Of a stretch of 64,000 bases of DNA, positions 47,049 to 55,157 are shown in pieces; within the stretch, counting starts at the first letter, position 1; each line of letters opens with the position of its first letter. The DNA is from an uncultured Chloroflexia bacterium. Lineage in GTDB: Bacteria > Chloroflexota > Limnocylindria > QHBO01. Location of the stretch: NCBI GenBank assembly GCA_963847375.1, contig CAWJZO010000002.1:313082-377081 (forward strand). Reading direction: 5' to 3'. The notes beneath the pieces are model-generated. The model was not told the origin of the DNA. It was given only the letters and a program-made list of their open reading frames with translations, and did no database searches. A program made the translations under genes and the position numbers.

Positions 47049-47993
47049 CTAGCGCGACTGCTCCCCGAGGTCGCGCCGCATGGCCCAGACGTGCCAGTTT
47101 CGGACGCCGCTGCGATGGCCATTGCGCTCCATGGCGGCAACCATCGGCGCATTCAGCACGTCAACGTCCGACAGCATGGAGCGAAATCCGAGTTGGCGTG
47201 CCGCGCGATTCGCAGCTCGCAGGAGCTCATCGATGTAGCCGCGACCCCGCCGCTCAGGCGCAACGCCGATGTGCACGATGGTGCCGATGCGATCCTCGAA
47301 CTCGCCTACCGCGACATAGCCCGCCAACGTGCCGTCCGCCTCGTGGGCGAGGAGCCATCCCGGCTCGCCGCCCGGCTCGAGCGCGCCGACCATCTCCCTG
47401 CCCCAACCCTCATGGCCACATGCGTCGAGGTAGTACTGATCGTTGCGATCGAGCGTTCCGCCGATGACGGAGCCCATGGCGGCGGCATAAACGTCAGGCC
47501 CAACGTCGACGATGCTGCGGAATTCGAGACGCTCAGGCGGCACCAGCGCCGCGCCGTCATCGGTCCAGACGAAGCCCGACTTCTCCTGGAAGAGTACGAA
47601 CCCGGCATCCTCGAGCACCGACCGCCAGCGCTCCACGTCGCGATGGACCTCGGGGTTCAGGCGGCGCTCTACGAACGGCGTGACCGGGCGCGCGAGCTCC
47701 GCAACGGCATCGAGCAGCGCGCGAGCGACCTCGCCGTGCGCTGGCGCGCTCCAGTCCAGCCAGAGGCCGGTCAGGCGGCCCTCGAGCGTCGGGAGGCCGC
47801 AGCCCAGCGGCTCGGTGAGGAGCGCGACGCGGCCTAGCGGCTGGCCGCCGGCGTCGGCGACAAGGGTCCACTCCGGTCGTCCGGATCCGTTGTCCCAGAG
47901 CTCACGGAGCTCTGCGGCGAGCGCAGGCGTCTCAGGGTCGATCGCCGCGAACCAGTCGAGCTCGTCGGCCGCTATCGGTCGCACCGTCAGCAT
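47049..47993 (-). CDS. GNAT acetyltransferase
   Basis: IGVAPERRGRGY, DVDVLNAPM..AMERNG. Confidence 0.82.
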   Translation of the reverse strand: MLTVRPIAADELDWFAAIDPETPALAAELRELWDNGSGRPEWTLVADAGGQPLGRVALLTEPLGCGLPTLEGRLTGLWLDWSAPAHGEVARALLDAVAELARPVTPFVERRLNPEVHRDVERWRSVLEDAGFVLFQEKSGFVWTDDGAALVPPERLEFRSIVDVGPDVYAAAMGSVIGGTLDRNDQYYLDACGHEGWGREMVGALEPGGEPGWLLAHEADGTLAGYVAVGEFEDRIGTIVHIGVAPERRGRGYIDELLRAANRAARQLGFRSMLSDVDVLNAPMVAAMERNGHRSGVRNWHVWAMRRDLGEQSR

Positions 47994-48017
47994 CGCGATG
48001 ACGGTAGCATCGCGTCA
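47994..48017. promoter_or_regulatory. Putative bidirectional leaderless promoter
   Basis: ACGGTAGCAT contains TAGCAT (+, 48005-10) and TACCGT (-, 48001-06), each 7 nt from a divergent ATG. Confidence 0.6.
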
Positions 48018-48896
48018 ATGTTGACCGATCTGGGCCACCGGCCGCTCATCGTCGCCGCTGTCACACCGCTGCGCGACGCCGGCTCGCAGCTCGACGAGGA
48101 GGCCGTGGCGCCCTACGTGGCGTTCCTGGAGTCGCACGGCGCCGACGGCGTCTTCGCCTGCGGCACGACCGGCGAGGGGATCCTGCTGAGCCTCGAGGAG
48201 CGCCGCAGCGCGGCCCGTTCGTTTCGTGCCGCGCTGCATGGGGCGTTGATCGTCCATGCGGGAGCGCAGACAACCGCGGATACGGTTGCACTGGCAGCGG
48301 ACGCGGCCGAGCTCGGGGCCGATGCGGTCGCGGTCATTCCTCCGCCGTACTTCCCGCTCGACGAGGAGGCGCTCACGGCGCACTTCGTCGCCGCGGCACG
48401 CGCGTGCTCGCCGCTCCCCTTCTACTGCTACGCCTTCACCGCACGCTCGGGCTACCCGCTGCCGGTCGAGGTCATCCGGCGGATCGGCGAGTCGGTCGAC
48501 AACCTGGCCGGCCTCAAGGTCAGTGAGTCGCCATTCGAGCGCGTGGCGCCGTACCTCGGGCTCGGCCTGCCGGTGTTGATCGGCAACGAGCCGTTGATCG
48601 CCGCGGGCGTCGCGGACGGGGCGCTCGGAACCGTGTCCGGCATGGCCGCCGCCTTCCCGGACGTCGTGCGCTCCGCCCTCGACGCGGTCGACGAGCCGGC
48701 CATGGCCCGGCTCCGCGACCTTCGCGACGCGATGGAGGCCGGCGGCCAGTTCATCGCCGTGGCGAAGCATGCCCTCGGCCGGCGGGGCGTGCCGGTTCGT
48801 CCCGACATGCGCGCCCCAATGCGTCCGCTGACGGCCGTCGAGGCCGAGGCCTTCGAGGCCGCCGCGGACGCCTACCTGGAGCCTGCCCGGGCCTGA
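48018..48896 (+). CDS. Dihydrodipicolinate synthase / N-acetylneuraminate lyase family aldolase
   Basis: AVTP, CGTTGEG, PPPYF, catalytic Tyr (YCY) and Schiff-base Lys (GLKVS). Confidence 0.85.
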   Translation: MLTDLGHRPLIVAAVTPLRDAGSQLDEEAVAPYVAFLESHGADGVFACGTTGEGILLSLEERRSAARSFRAALHGALIVHAGAQTTADTVALAADAAELGADAVAVIPPPYFPLDEEALTAHFVAAARACSPLPFYCYAFTARSGYPLPVEVIRRIGESVDNLAGLKVSESPFERVAPYLGLGLPVLIGNEPLIAAGVADGALGTVSGMAAAFPDVVRSALDAVDEPAMARLRDLRDAMEAGGQFIAVAKHALGRRGVPVRPDMRAPMRPLTAVEAEAFEAAADAYLEPARA

Positions 48897-48902
48897 CCCC
48901 GC

Positions 48903-48973
48903 TGGCCGATGGATCGGCCGAACTTCACACTCCGATGGATCGATCAAAGGCCGCGCGAAATGGATCGGTCAAG
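48903..48973. repeat. Palindromic triplet family F (CCGATGGATCGG-like)
   Basis: ATGGATCG at 48909, 48935 and 48960 (26/25 spacing), between convergent genes. Confidence 0.6.
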
Positions 48974-48982
48974 CAGCCGACC

Positions 48983-49513
48983 TCAGTCGCCGTCACCACC
49001 GCCCGCGCGCAGCTGCCCGCGGACGAAGCCGGCGGGGAAGCGCGCGTTGTGGAGGTTGACGTAGAAGCCTGATGGGTTGGCCTTGATCTCCGCGAGCAGG
49101 ACCGGGTCGATGCCGTCGACGCAGCCGCTGAGGCGGTTCCGCCGCTCGAGAATGTCGAGCCTAGGATCCTGCTGATCAGTCGGATCCGCGTCAAGCGTAT
49201 CTTCCAGGTCGAAGAAGGCGACAACGATAGGCCCTGCGACTCCGGATGCGCCTCGGTGGATGTGCGCGCGGTTGGCCGTGGTGCCACGCTCGAAGGAGAC
49301 CTCGAAGCAGACCTCTCCGTCCTCGACGTCGATTCGGACCGATGCCCTACCCCGGCTGTCGGGATCATCGAATACCGCGGTCTCATTCGTGCCGCGCATG
49401 TCGGCCCGCAGCCGGTTCGAGTTCGACGCCGCGACGCCCGCGGCGAGGCTCAGCAGGACGATCGCGATGACGGACGAACGGGCGACGGATCCGCGGAAGC
49501 GGCGTGTGCCCAC
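48983..49513 (-). CDS. Secreted CHRD-domain protein
   Basis: Signal peptide; AHIHRGASGVAGPIVV, FYVNLHNARFPAGFVRGQL. Confidence 0.88.
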   Translation of the reverse strand: MGTRRFRGSVARSSVIAIVLLSLAAGVAASNSNRLRADMRGTNETAVFDDPDSRGRASVRIDVEDGEVCFEVSFERGTTANRAHIHRGASGVAGPIVVAFFDLEDTLDADPTDQQDPRLDILERRNRLSGCVDGIDPVLLAEIKANPSGFYVNLHNARFPAGFVRGQLRAGGGDGD

Positions 49514-49613
49514 GTCACAGCTCCTTTCTCCGGACCCGCGCGCGGACGCTTCGTGCGCCCGGGATGTGCACAGGGTCTCACCGAGGCGTACGGCCCGGGT
49601 TACGCTCCGACAG

Positions 49614-50726
49614 TCAGGCCGTGGCGAGGTCGGCGGCGGCCTGCGCTGCCCGCAATGACGCGTAGCCGGGTTTGATCTGCTCGTTGATGATTCGCAACCG
49701 GCCGTCGAACGGCCAGAACGCCGACTTCATCGCGTTCAGGGTCAGCCACTCCATGTCGTCCAGACCGATCCCGAACGCGCGTGCCAGCGTCGCGAACTCG
49801 CTGCTCAGCGTGATGCCGCTCATCAGCCGGTTGTCGGTGTTGACGGTGACCCGGAAGCGAAGGCGGCGGAGGAGGTCGATCGGATGCTCCTCGATCGACG
49901 GCGCGGCGCCGGTGTGGACGTTCGAGGTCGGACACATCTCGAGCGGCACGCGCATGTCGCGCACGTATGACGCGAGGCGGCCAAGAACCGCTCGGCCGTC
50001 GGAACGCAACGTGATGTCGTCGACGATCCGCACGCCGTGCCCGAGCCGCTCGGCGCCGCACCACTGCAGCGCCTCCCAGATCGAGGGCAGCCCGAAGCCC
50101 TCGCCGGCGTGAATCGTGAAGTGGAAGTTCTCGTGGGCGATGAGGTTGAACGCGTCGAGGTGGCGCGTCGGCGGGTAGCCGGCCTCCGGCCCGGCGATGT
50201 CGAAGCCGACCACGCCCTCGTCGCGGTGCCGCACGGCCACCTCGGCGATCTCGACGGAGCGCGCCGCCTGGCGCATGGCGGTGACGATGAGCCCGACCGT
50301 GATCGAGCGGCCCTCGCCACCATGCCGGAATCCTCCGAGCATGGCCTCGACCGCCTCGTCGAGCGTGAGGCCGCCATCGGTCAGGAGCTCGGGGGCCATC
50401 CGGACCTCGGCGTAGACGATTCCATCCTCGGCGAGGTCCTCGACGCACTCCGCGCTCACGCGCTCGATCGCGTCGCGCGTCTGCATCACCGCCACGGTGT
50501 GGCCGAAGCCCTCGAGATACAGCTCGAGGGATTTGCGGTCGGCGCCGAGGGTGAACCAGCGCGCGAGCTCGTCAGGATCGGTCGTCGGCAGCCCGCGATA
50601 CCCGATCTCGGACGCGAGCTCCAGCACGGTCTGCGGCCGCAGTCCGCCGTCGAGGTGGTCGTGGAGCAGCACCTTCGGGGCGCGCCGGATCGTGTCGAGC
50701 TCGAGCCGGGCGGTCGGCTGCTCCAT
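49614..50726 (-). CDS. add: Adenosine deaminase
   Basis: [39 protein letters not shown]. Confidence 0.93.
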   Translation of the reverse strand: MEQPTARLELDTIRRAPKVLLHDHLDGGLRPQTVLELASEIGYRGLPTTDPDELARWFTLGADRKSLELYLEGFGHTVAVMQTRDAIERVSAECVEDLAEDGIVYAEVRMAPELLTDGGLTLDEAVEAMLGGFRHGGEGRSITVGLIVTAMRQAARSVEIAEVAVRHRDEGVVGFDIAGPEAGYPPTRHLDAFNLIAHENFHFTIHAGEGFGLPSIWEALQWCGAERLGHGVRIVDDITLRSDGRAVLGRLASYVRDMRVPLEMCPTSNVHTGAAPSIEEHPIDLLRRLRFRVTVNTDNRLMSGITLSSEFATLARAFGIGLDDMEWLTLNAMKSAFWPFDGRLRIINEQIKPGYASLRAAQAAADLATA

Positions 50727-50729
50727 CGG

Positions 50730-51092
50730 TCAGGCGTCCCGCGCGTCGCACCAGGCGCGGACGATGGCCTCCAGCTCGGGCTTCGCGCGCTCGACCGCCG
50801 CGACGTCGTCGAGCCGGGCGTAGCGCGCGGTGTCGCCACCGCCCTCGAGCAGCGGATGCGAGCCGGGGATCGAGGCACCAGCATGGAACAGCAGGCTGAC
50901 GAACTGCTTGGCGCGCGGCTGGAAGCTGACGAGGTTGCCCTTGTAGGTGAACGTCGGCGTGCTCCACTTGATGACCTCGTCGATCCTCGGATCGGCGCGG
51001 AGGATGATCTCGCGGGTGCGCTGCACCGCGTCCTTCATCGGGTTGTCGTACCCCTCGAACCACGCATCGACGTCGGGATTGCGAGAGCCCAT
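50730..51092 (-). CDS. DUF1801 (YdhG-like) protein
   Basis: REIILRADPRIDEVIKWSTPTF, LLFHAGA. Confidence 0.85.
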   Translation of the reverse strand: MGSRNPDVDAWFEGYDNPMKDAVQRTREIILRADPRIDEVIKWSTPTFTYKGNLVSFQPRAKQFVSLLFHAGASIPGSHPLLEGGGDTARYARLDDVAAVERAKPELEAIVRAWCDARDA

Positions 51093-51154
51093 CAGAGCGT
51101 TACCTCCCGCAGCGGATTCCCGCCATCAATGAACGGGCGCCGTGTCATCGAATG

Positions 51155-51772
51155 CTACCGATCGATCGGACGTCCGGCCGCGACGCCGAGGCCGGCGCTG
51201 GTCGAGCGCTCGTGGTCATCGGCGGTGGCGGCGGTGTTCATCTGGAATCGGCTCGGCGGAGCGGCGGCCGCGAGTCGCGCGATGTCCGCATCGGTCAGTT
51301 CGTAGCCGAACCGGATGGCCGCCACGTTCTCGTCGACGTAGCGGCGCGGCAGGGACTCGCGAATCGCGTCCTCGTCGAAGTGAATGCCGGCCAGGTTCAG
51401 CAGCCGGCCGAGCGCGATCATGTTGCCGAACAGCTCCTTGCCGAAGTGCTGCGACCCCAGCGAGGCGAACGGGATCTGCTCGGCGCCGGGGACGTCGAGG
51501 CCGAGATCGGCCACGACCTTGCGGCCGCTGATGCGCAGGTGCCCCTTGTCGGCGAGCTTGAGCATGATGTCGGCCTCCTCGACGACGGGATTGGCGATCG
51601 GCTCGTCGTCGAAGATCAAGAAGGCATCGCTCATGCTGCCGCGCACGCTGGAGTCGTAGTCGAAGAGGACGGTGACCTCCTTACCCATGCGGGCCAGGAG
51701 GGCGCCCATCACTCCGGCGATGAGCCGGACGCCCTGGCCACCCACCCCGTCGAGGGCGATCTTCGTGCTCAC
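51155..51772 (-). CDS. korC: 2-oxoacid:ferredoxin oxidoreductase gamma subunit
   Basis: IALDGVGGQG, YDSSVRGS, NMIALG, NVAAIRFG; GTGA overlap with the beta gene. Confidence 0.82.
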   Translation of the reverse strand: MSTKIALDGVGGQGVRLIAGVMGALLARMGKEVTVLFDYDSSVRGSMSDAFLIFDDEPIANPVVEEADIMLKLADKGHLRISGRKVVADLGLDVPGAEQIPFASLGSQHFGKELFGNMIALGRLLNLAGIHFDEDAIRESLPRRYVDENVAAIRFGYELTDADIARLAAAAPPSRFQMNTAATADDHERSTSAGLGVAAGRPIDR

Positions 51773-53211
51773 TCCGGCTCGACCCCGGCCTCGCGCATCG
51801 CGTCCTCGAGGCTGATCTCGCGTTTTGCCACCCGCAGCTTCAGCTCGGACGGCAGCTTCTGCATGATCGCCAGCTTGCGCTGCGCCTCGGCCTTCTTGGC
51901 CTCGGCCGGATCCGCAGGCTGACTGACCGATGCGGGCTTCGCATCCTCCGCGGTCCGCGGCGCGACCGGCTGGGTGTCGCCCCCGGGCTGTCCGCCGACG
52001 AGGTCGCGCGCCTCCGCGGCCGCCTCGGCCTTCTGGGCATCGAGCTCGGGCTTCGTCTCCGACTGCGGATCGGTGCCGGTCGCCGACGTCTCGACGACGC
52101 CGGCCGGCTGTGCCACGTCCGCCGGCGCCGATGCGCCGCTCCGCATCGACTCGGGGATCTCGACGCCGGCGCCCGCGAGCGCCTGCGCCAGGGTCAGCTC
52201 CTTCTTCGCGACCCGGAGCTTCACCTCTGGCGACAGCTTCGCCATCAGCGCGGCCTTCTCCTGCGCCTCGGCCCGCTTGCGCGCCTTCTCGTCATCGGTC
52301 GCCGCCGGTGGGCGCTCGACGACCGCGGTCGCGGCCTCGGGTGCGGTTGCGCCGGCTTCGCCCGGCGACTCGGTTGCGGAGGTCATCGGTCCGGCGGGCT
52401 GCTCCGGCAGCGCATCGGGATGGTGACCGTTGCCGTTGCGCTCGGGGTGGGCCATCGGGTAGACGACGCCGATCTCGAAGGCGTTGAGCTCGGTCGCGTC
52501 CTTCGGCGCCCGCTTGTACGTCTTGCGGTAGAACGTGAGCATCTCGTTCGCGCTGGCGAAGCCGATGCGCCGCCCGTTGTTCTCGATGCACTGGCTCGTG
52601 ATGTCCACGAAGCTGAAGCCGGACCACTCGATGGCTTCCTTGATCACATTGCGCAGGTGCAGCTGGTGGTAGACGGTCGTCTTGGCGTACAGCGCGTGCG
52701 GGCTTGAGCGGACGAGGCCCTGGAGATTGATCGGCGTGTTCGGGTTGCCGCCTGGGCTCGACAGCGTCTTCGTGCCGGTCGGCGTGGTCGGGCCGGTCTG
52801 GCCGCCGGTCAGGCCGTAGATCTCGTTGTTGTTGCACAGCACCGTGACCGGCGCGTTGCGGCGGATCGAGTGGATCAGGTGGTTGCCGCCAATGCTGGCC
52901 GTGTCGCCGTCCCCGGCCACGACGATGACGTTCATCTCCGGCCTGACGCTCTTGATGGCCTCGGCGACCGGAAGCGTGCGCCCGTGGAGCGTGTACACCG
53001 CCTCGTGCTTGAGGTAGCCGCCCATGCGGCCGGTGCAGCCGATGCCCGTCACGATGACGGTATTGCGCTCGTCGAGCTGCATCTCGTCGAGCACCATCGC
53101 CAGCATCATCATGATCGTGCCGATCCCACAGCCAGGGCACCAGATCGTCGGGAACAGGTCGACCTTGAGCCGGTCCTTGTAGGTGAGCTCGGCCATCGGC
53201 GCCTCAGGCAT
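51769..53211 (-). CDS. korB: 2-oxoacid:ferredoxin oxidoreductase beta (ThDP-binding) subunit with ~220-aa C-terminal extension
   Basis: WCPGCG, GIGC, LHGR, GDGD, NNEIYGLTGGQ; extension contains two ~40-aa repeats. Confidence 0.88.
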   Translation of the reverse strand: MPEAPMAELTYKDRLKVDLFPTIWCPGCGIGTIMMMLAMVLDEMQLDERNTVIVTGIGCTGRMGGYLKHEAVYTLHGRTLPVAEAIKSVRPEMNVIVVAGDGDTASIGGNHLIHSIRRNAPVTVLCNNNEIYGLTGGQTGPTTPTGTKTLSSPGGNPNTPINLQGLVRSSPHALYAKTTVYHQLHLRNVIKEAIEWSGFSFVDITSQCIENNGRRIGFASANEMLTFYRKTYKRAPKDATELNAFEIGVVYPMAHPERNGNGHHPDALPEQPAGPMTSATESPGEAGATAPEAATAVVERPPAATDDEKARKRAEAQEKAALMAKLSPEVKLRVAKKELTLAQALAGAGVEIPESMRSGASAPADVAQPAGVVETSATGTDPQSETKPELDAQKAEAAAEARDLVGGQPGGDTQPVAPRTAEDAKPASVSQPADPAEAKKAEAQRKLAIMQKLPSELKLRVAKREISLEDAMREAGVEPE

Positions 53212-54347
53212 CAGCCCACTCCCAACGTGGCACGCGGCTGGTGCTCTGGTGGCTCCGGCGGGATCGGCGGCTCAGATGGGCCGCCCGCGAGCACCCGATC
53301 GATCCCCTCGCGGACGGCCTCGAGCGAGATGCGGCCGCCGAGCAGCGGCACGCGCTTGACCGGCCGATGCAGCGCCAGCTCCACGAGGTCCGCGTACTGG
53401 CCGTCGTTGGCCTCGACCACGATCACCTCACGATAGCGATCGGCGATGCCGGCCAGCTCGGCCGACAGCATCGGGAAGATCCGGATTGGCCGGAAGAGGG
53501 CGAACTCGTCGCGGAGCGGCGCTGCAACTCTCGACACGATGCCGTAACAGACGATCAGCACGTCCGCATCGGTCTTCCATCCGTGCTCGAACTGCGCGTA
53601 GCGCGCGGCGACCTCGAGGTGGCGGTGCTTGGCCTCGTAGAACTGGCGCAGATACTCATCGGCGTCTGCGGTCGCCGGCTCGCCGGCGTTGGGCCCGTGC
53701 TCGTACATCAGCACGCCGGCGAAGAAGCGAGGGGTATCGGTGAAGTCGCCCAGCGGTGGGAGCGAACGCTGGACAACAGACACCGAGGCGGCGATCTCGT
53801 CGAGATCCACGACCTCGTTGAGATGCGCGACGAACGTGTCGGACAGCACGACCACCGGCGAGCGGGACTCCTCGGAAGCGTTGAAGGCGTCGACCGCCAC
53901 CCGGAACGCCTCCTCGACACCGTTGGGATAGAACGCCAGCGGGGTGTAGTCGCCGGTACTCCCCCACTTGACCTGCATGATGTCGCCCTGGCCGGGCATC
54001 GTCGGCATGCCCGTGGCCGGGCCGACGCGCATGACGTTGACGAAGACCGATGGCACGCCGACCTTCTGCGCGTAGCCGACCGCCTCCTGCATGAGGCTGA
54101 AGCCTGGGCCGGACGTGGCGGTGAAAGCCTTCGCTCCTGCCAGCGAGGCACCGATGACGGCGTTGGCCGACGCGATCTCGTCCTCCGCCTGGAGGAAGCG
54201 GAACTCGGGGTGCTCCGCCGCGTGGCCCGAGGCGATGTTGAGGATCTCGGTCGACGGGCTGATGGGATAGCCCGCGTAGTAGCTCGCGCCAGCGGCCAGC
54301 GCCCCGCGGAAGACGGCCTCGTTGCCCTGCGTGAGCTTGCGGGTCAT
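53211..54347 (-). CDS. korA: 2-oxoacid:ferredoxin oxidoreductase alpha subunit
   Basis: GNEA, AGYPISPSTE, QAEDEIAS, TATSGPGFSLMQE, MRVGPATGMPT. Confidence 0.9.
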   Translation of the reverse strand: MTRKLTQGNEAVFRGALAAGASYYAGYPISPSTEILNIASGHAAEHPEFRFLQAEDEIASANAVIGASLAGAKAFTATSGPGFSLMQEAVGYAQKVGVPSVFVNVMRVGPATGMPTMPGQGDIMQVKWGSTGDYTPLAFYPNGVEEAFRVAVDAFNASEESRSPVVVLSDTFVAHLNEVVDLDEIAASVSVVQRSLPPLGDFTDTPRFFAGVLMYEHGPNAGEPATADADEYLRQFYEAKHRHLEVAARYAQFEHGWKTDADVLIVCYGIVSRVAAPLRDEFALFRPIRIFPMLSAELAGIADRYREVIVVEANDGQYADLVELALHRPVKRVPLLGGRISLEAVREGIDRVLAGGPSEPPIPPEPPEHQPRATLGVG

Positions 54348-54370
54348 GGGACGGGGATGATACCGGCCGA

Positions 54371-54811
54371 TCAGCGCTGCATGTACTGGGGCAGCTTCGG
54401 CATCTCGCCGCGCCACGGGGCGATCTCCTCGGTCGCCCATGCGCCGAATCGATTGATGAAGTGGCCGCCATGGCGGCGGATCACGTCGGTGGCGGCGCGC
54501 CGCTGCTCGGCGTCATCGATCCGCACGCCGAAGACGGGTCGGCCGCCCTCCAGCGCCAGCTCGTAGACCCGAAGGTCTGGCAGCTGGTCCATGGTCATGA
54601 ACTGCATCGCGCGTCGCATCCGGGCGCCGACCCCCGACGAGGCACCGAGCCGGCTCATCCCGTCGGCGGAGTCCGGGCCGGAGAGCATGATGAGGTCGTC
54701 GGGACCGATGCCGGATGCGGTGAGCTCGGCCCTGGCCGCCTCGGCGGAACCGGCCTCATCGAAGACGGCCAGCGTCCAGCCGGTCGGGTAGCCGATCAGC
54801 CGCTCGCTCAC
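54371..54811 (-). CDS. Hypothetical protein (general-stress-protein-like alpha/beta fold)
   Basis: AVFD..SAEAARAEL.ASG, YELALEGG, VIRRHGG; GTGA overlap with the delta gene. Confidence 0.6.
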   Translation of the reverse strand: MSERLIGYPTGWTLAVFDEAGSAEAARAELTASGIGPDDLIMLSGPDSADGMSRLGASSGVGARMRRAMQFMTMDQLPDLRVYELALEGGRPVFGVRIDDAEQRRAATDVIRRHGGHFINRFGAWATEEIAPWRGEMPKLPQYMQR

Positions 54812-55113
54812 TTCTCCTTTGCGGCGTGGGCGGTGACCGCCTCCGGGATCATCTCGATGGCCAGATCCGGGCAGTAGCGCTCACAGAGGCCGCAGAGGAT
54901 GCAGTTCTCCTCCTCGATGATCGCGTCATTCCGCAGGACGAGGGTGTCTTTCGGGCAGATCTCGACGCAGATGTCGCAGCGCTTGCAGAACACCGGGTTC
55001 CAGCTGATGTTCGTGTAGTCGACCCAGCGGATCCCGTCCCGGTGATCGTTGCTGATCCCGGATCCGAAGCCGATGGCGGACTGGCCCCCCGCCGCGGGCT
55101 GCTCGGCATTCAT
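54808..55113 (-). CDS. korD: 2x[4Fe-4S] ferredoxin, oxidoreductase delta subunit
   Basis: CKRCDICVEICP and CILCGLCERYCPDLAI. Confidence 0.85.
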   Translation of the reverse strand: MNAEQPAAGGQSAIGFGSGISNDHRDGIRWVDYTNISWNPVFCKRCDICVEICPKDTLVLRNDAIIEEENCILCGLCERYCPDLAIEMIPEAVTAHAAKEK

Positions 55114-55157
55114 GGGACGAGGATCATAGCCCGTGGCTTCAGCCAAGGGCTATCGCG

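Noticed and set aside
48018-48896. Assignment as dapA
   Set aside because: Only family-level motifs are seen, the DapA substrate-binding Arg context is unclear, and there are no lysine-pathway neighbours.
51092-51148. 18-aa leader peptide MTRRPFIDGGNPLREVTL coupled to the DUF1801 gene
   Set aside because: Its ATG is only 3 nt from the TAGCAT box, so probably upstream of the transcription start; the DUF1801 gene has its own GGAGG RBS.
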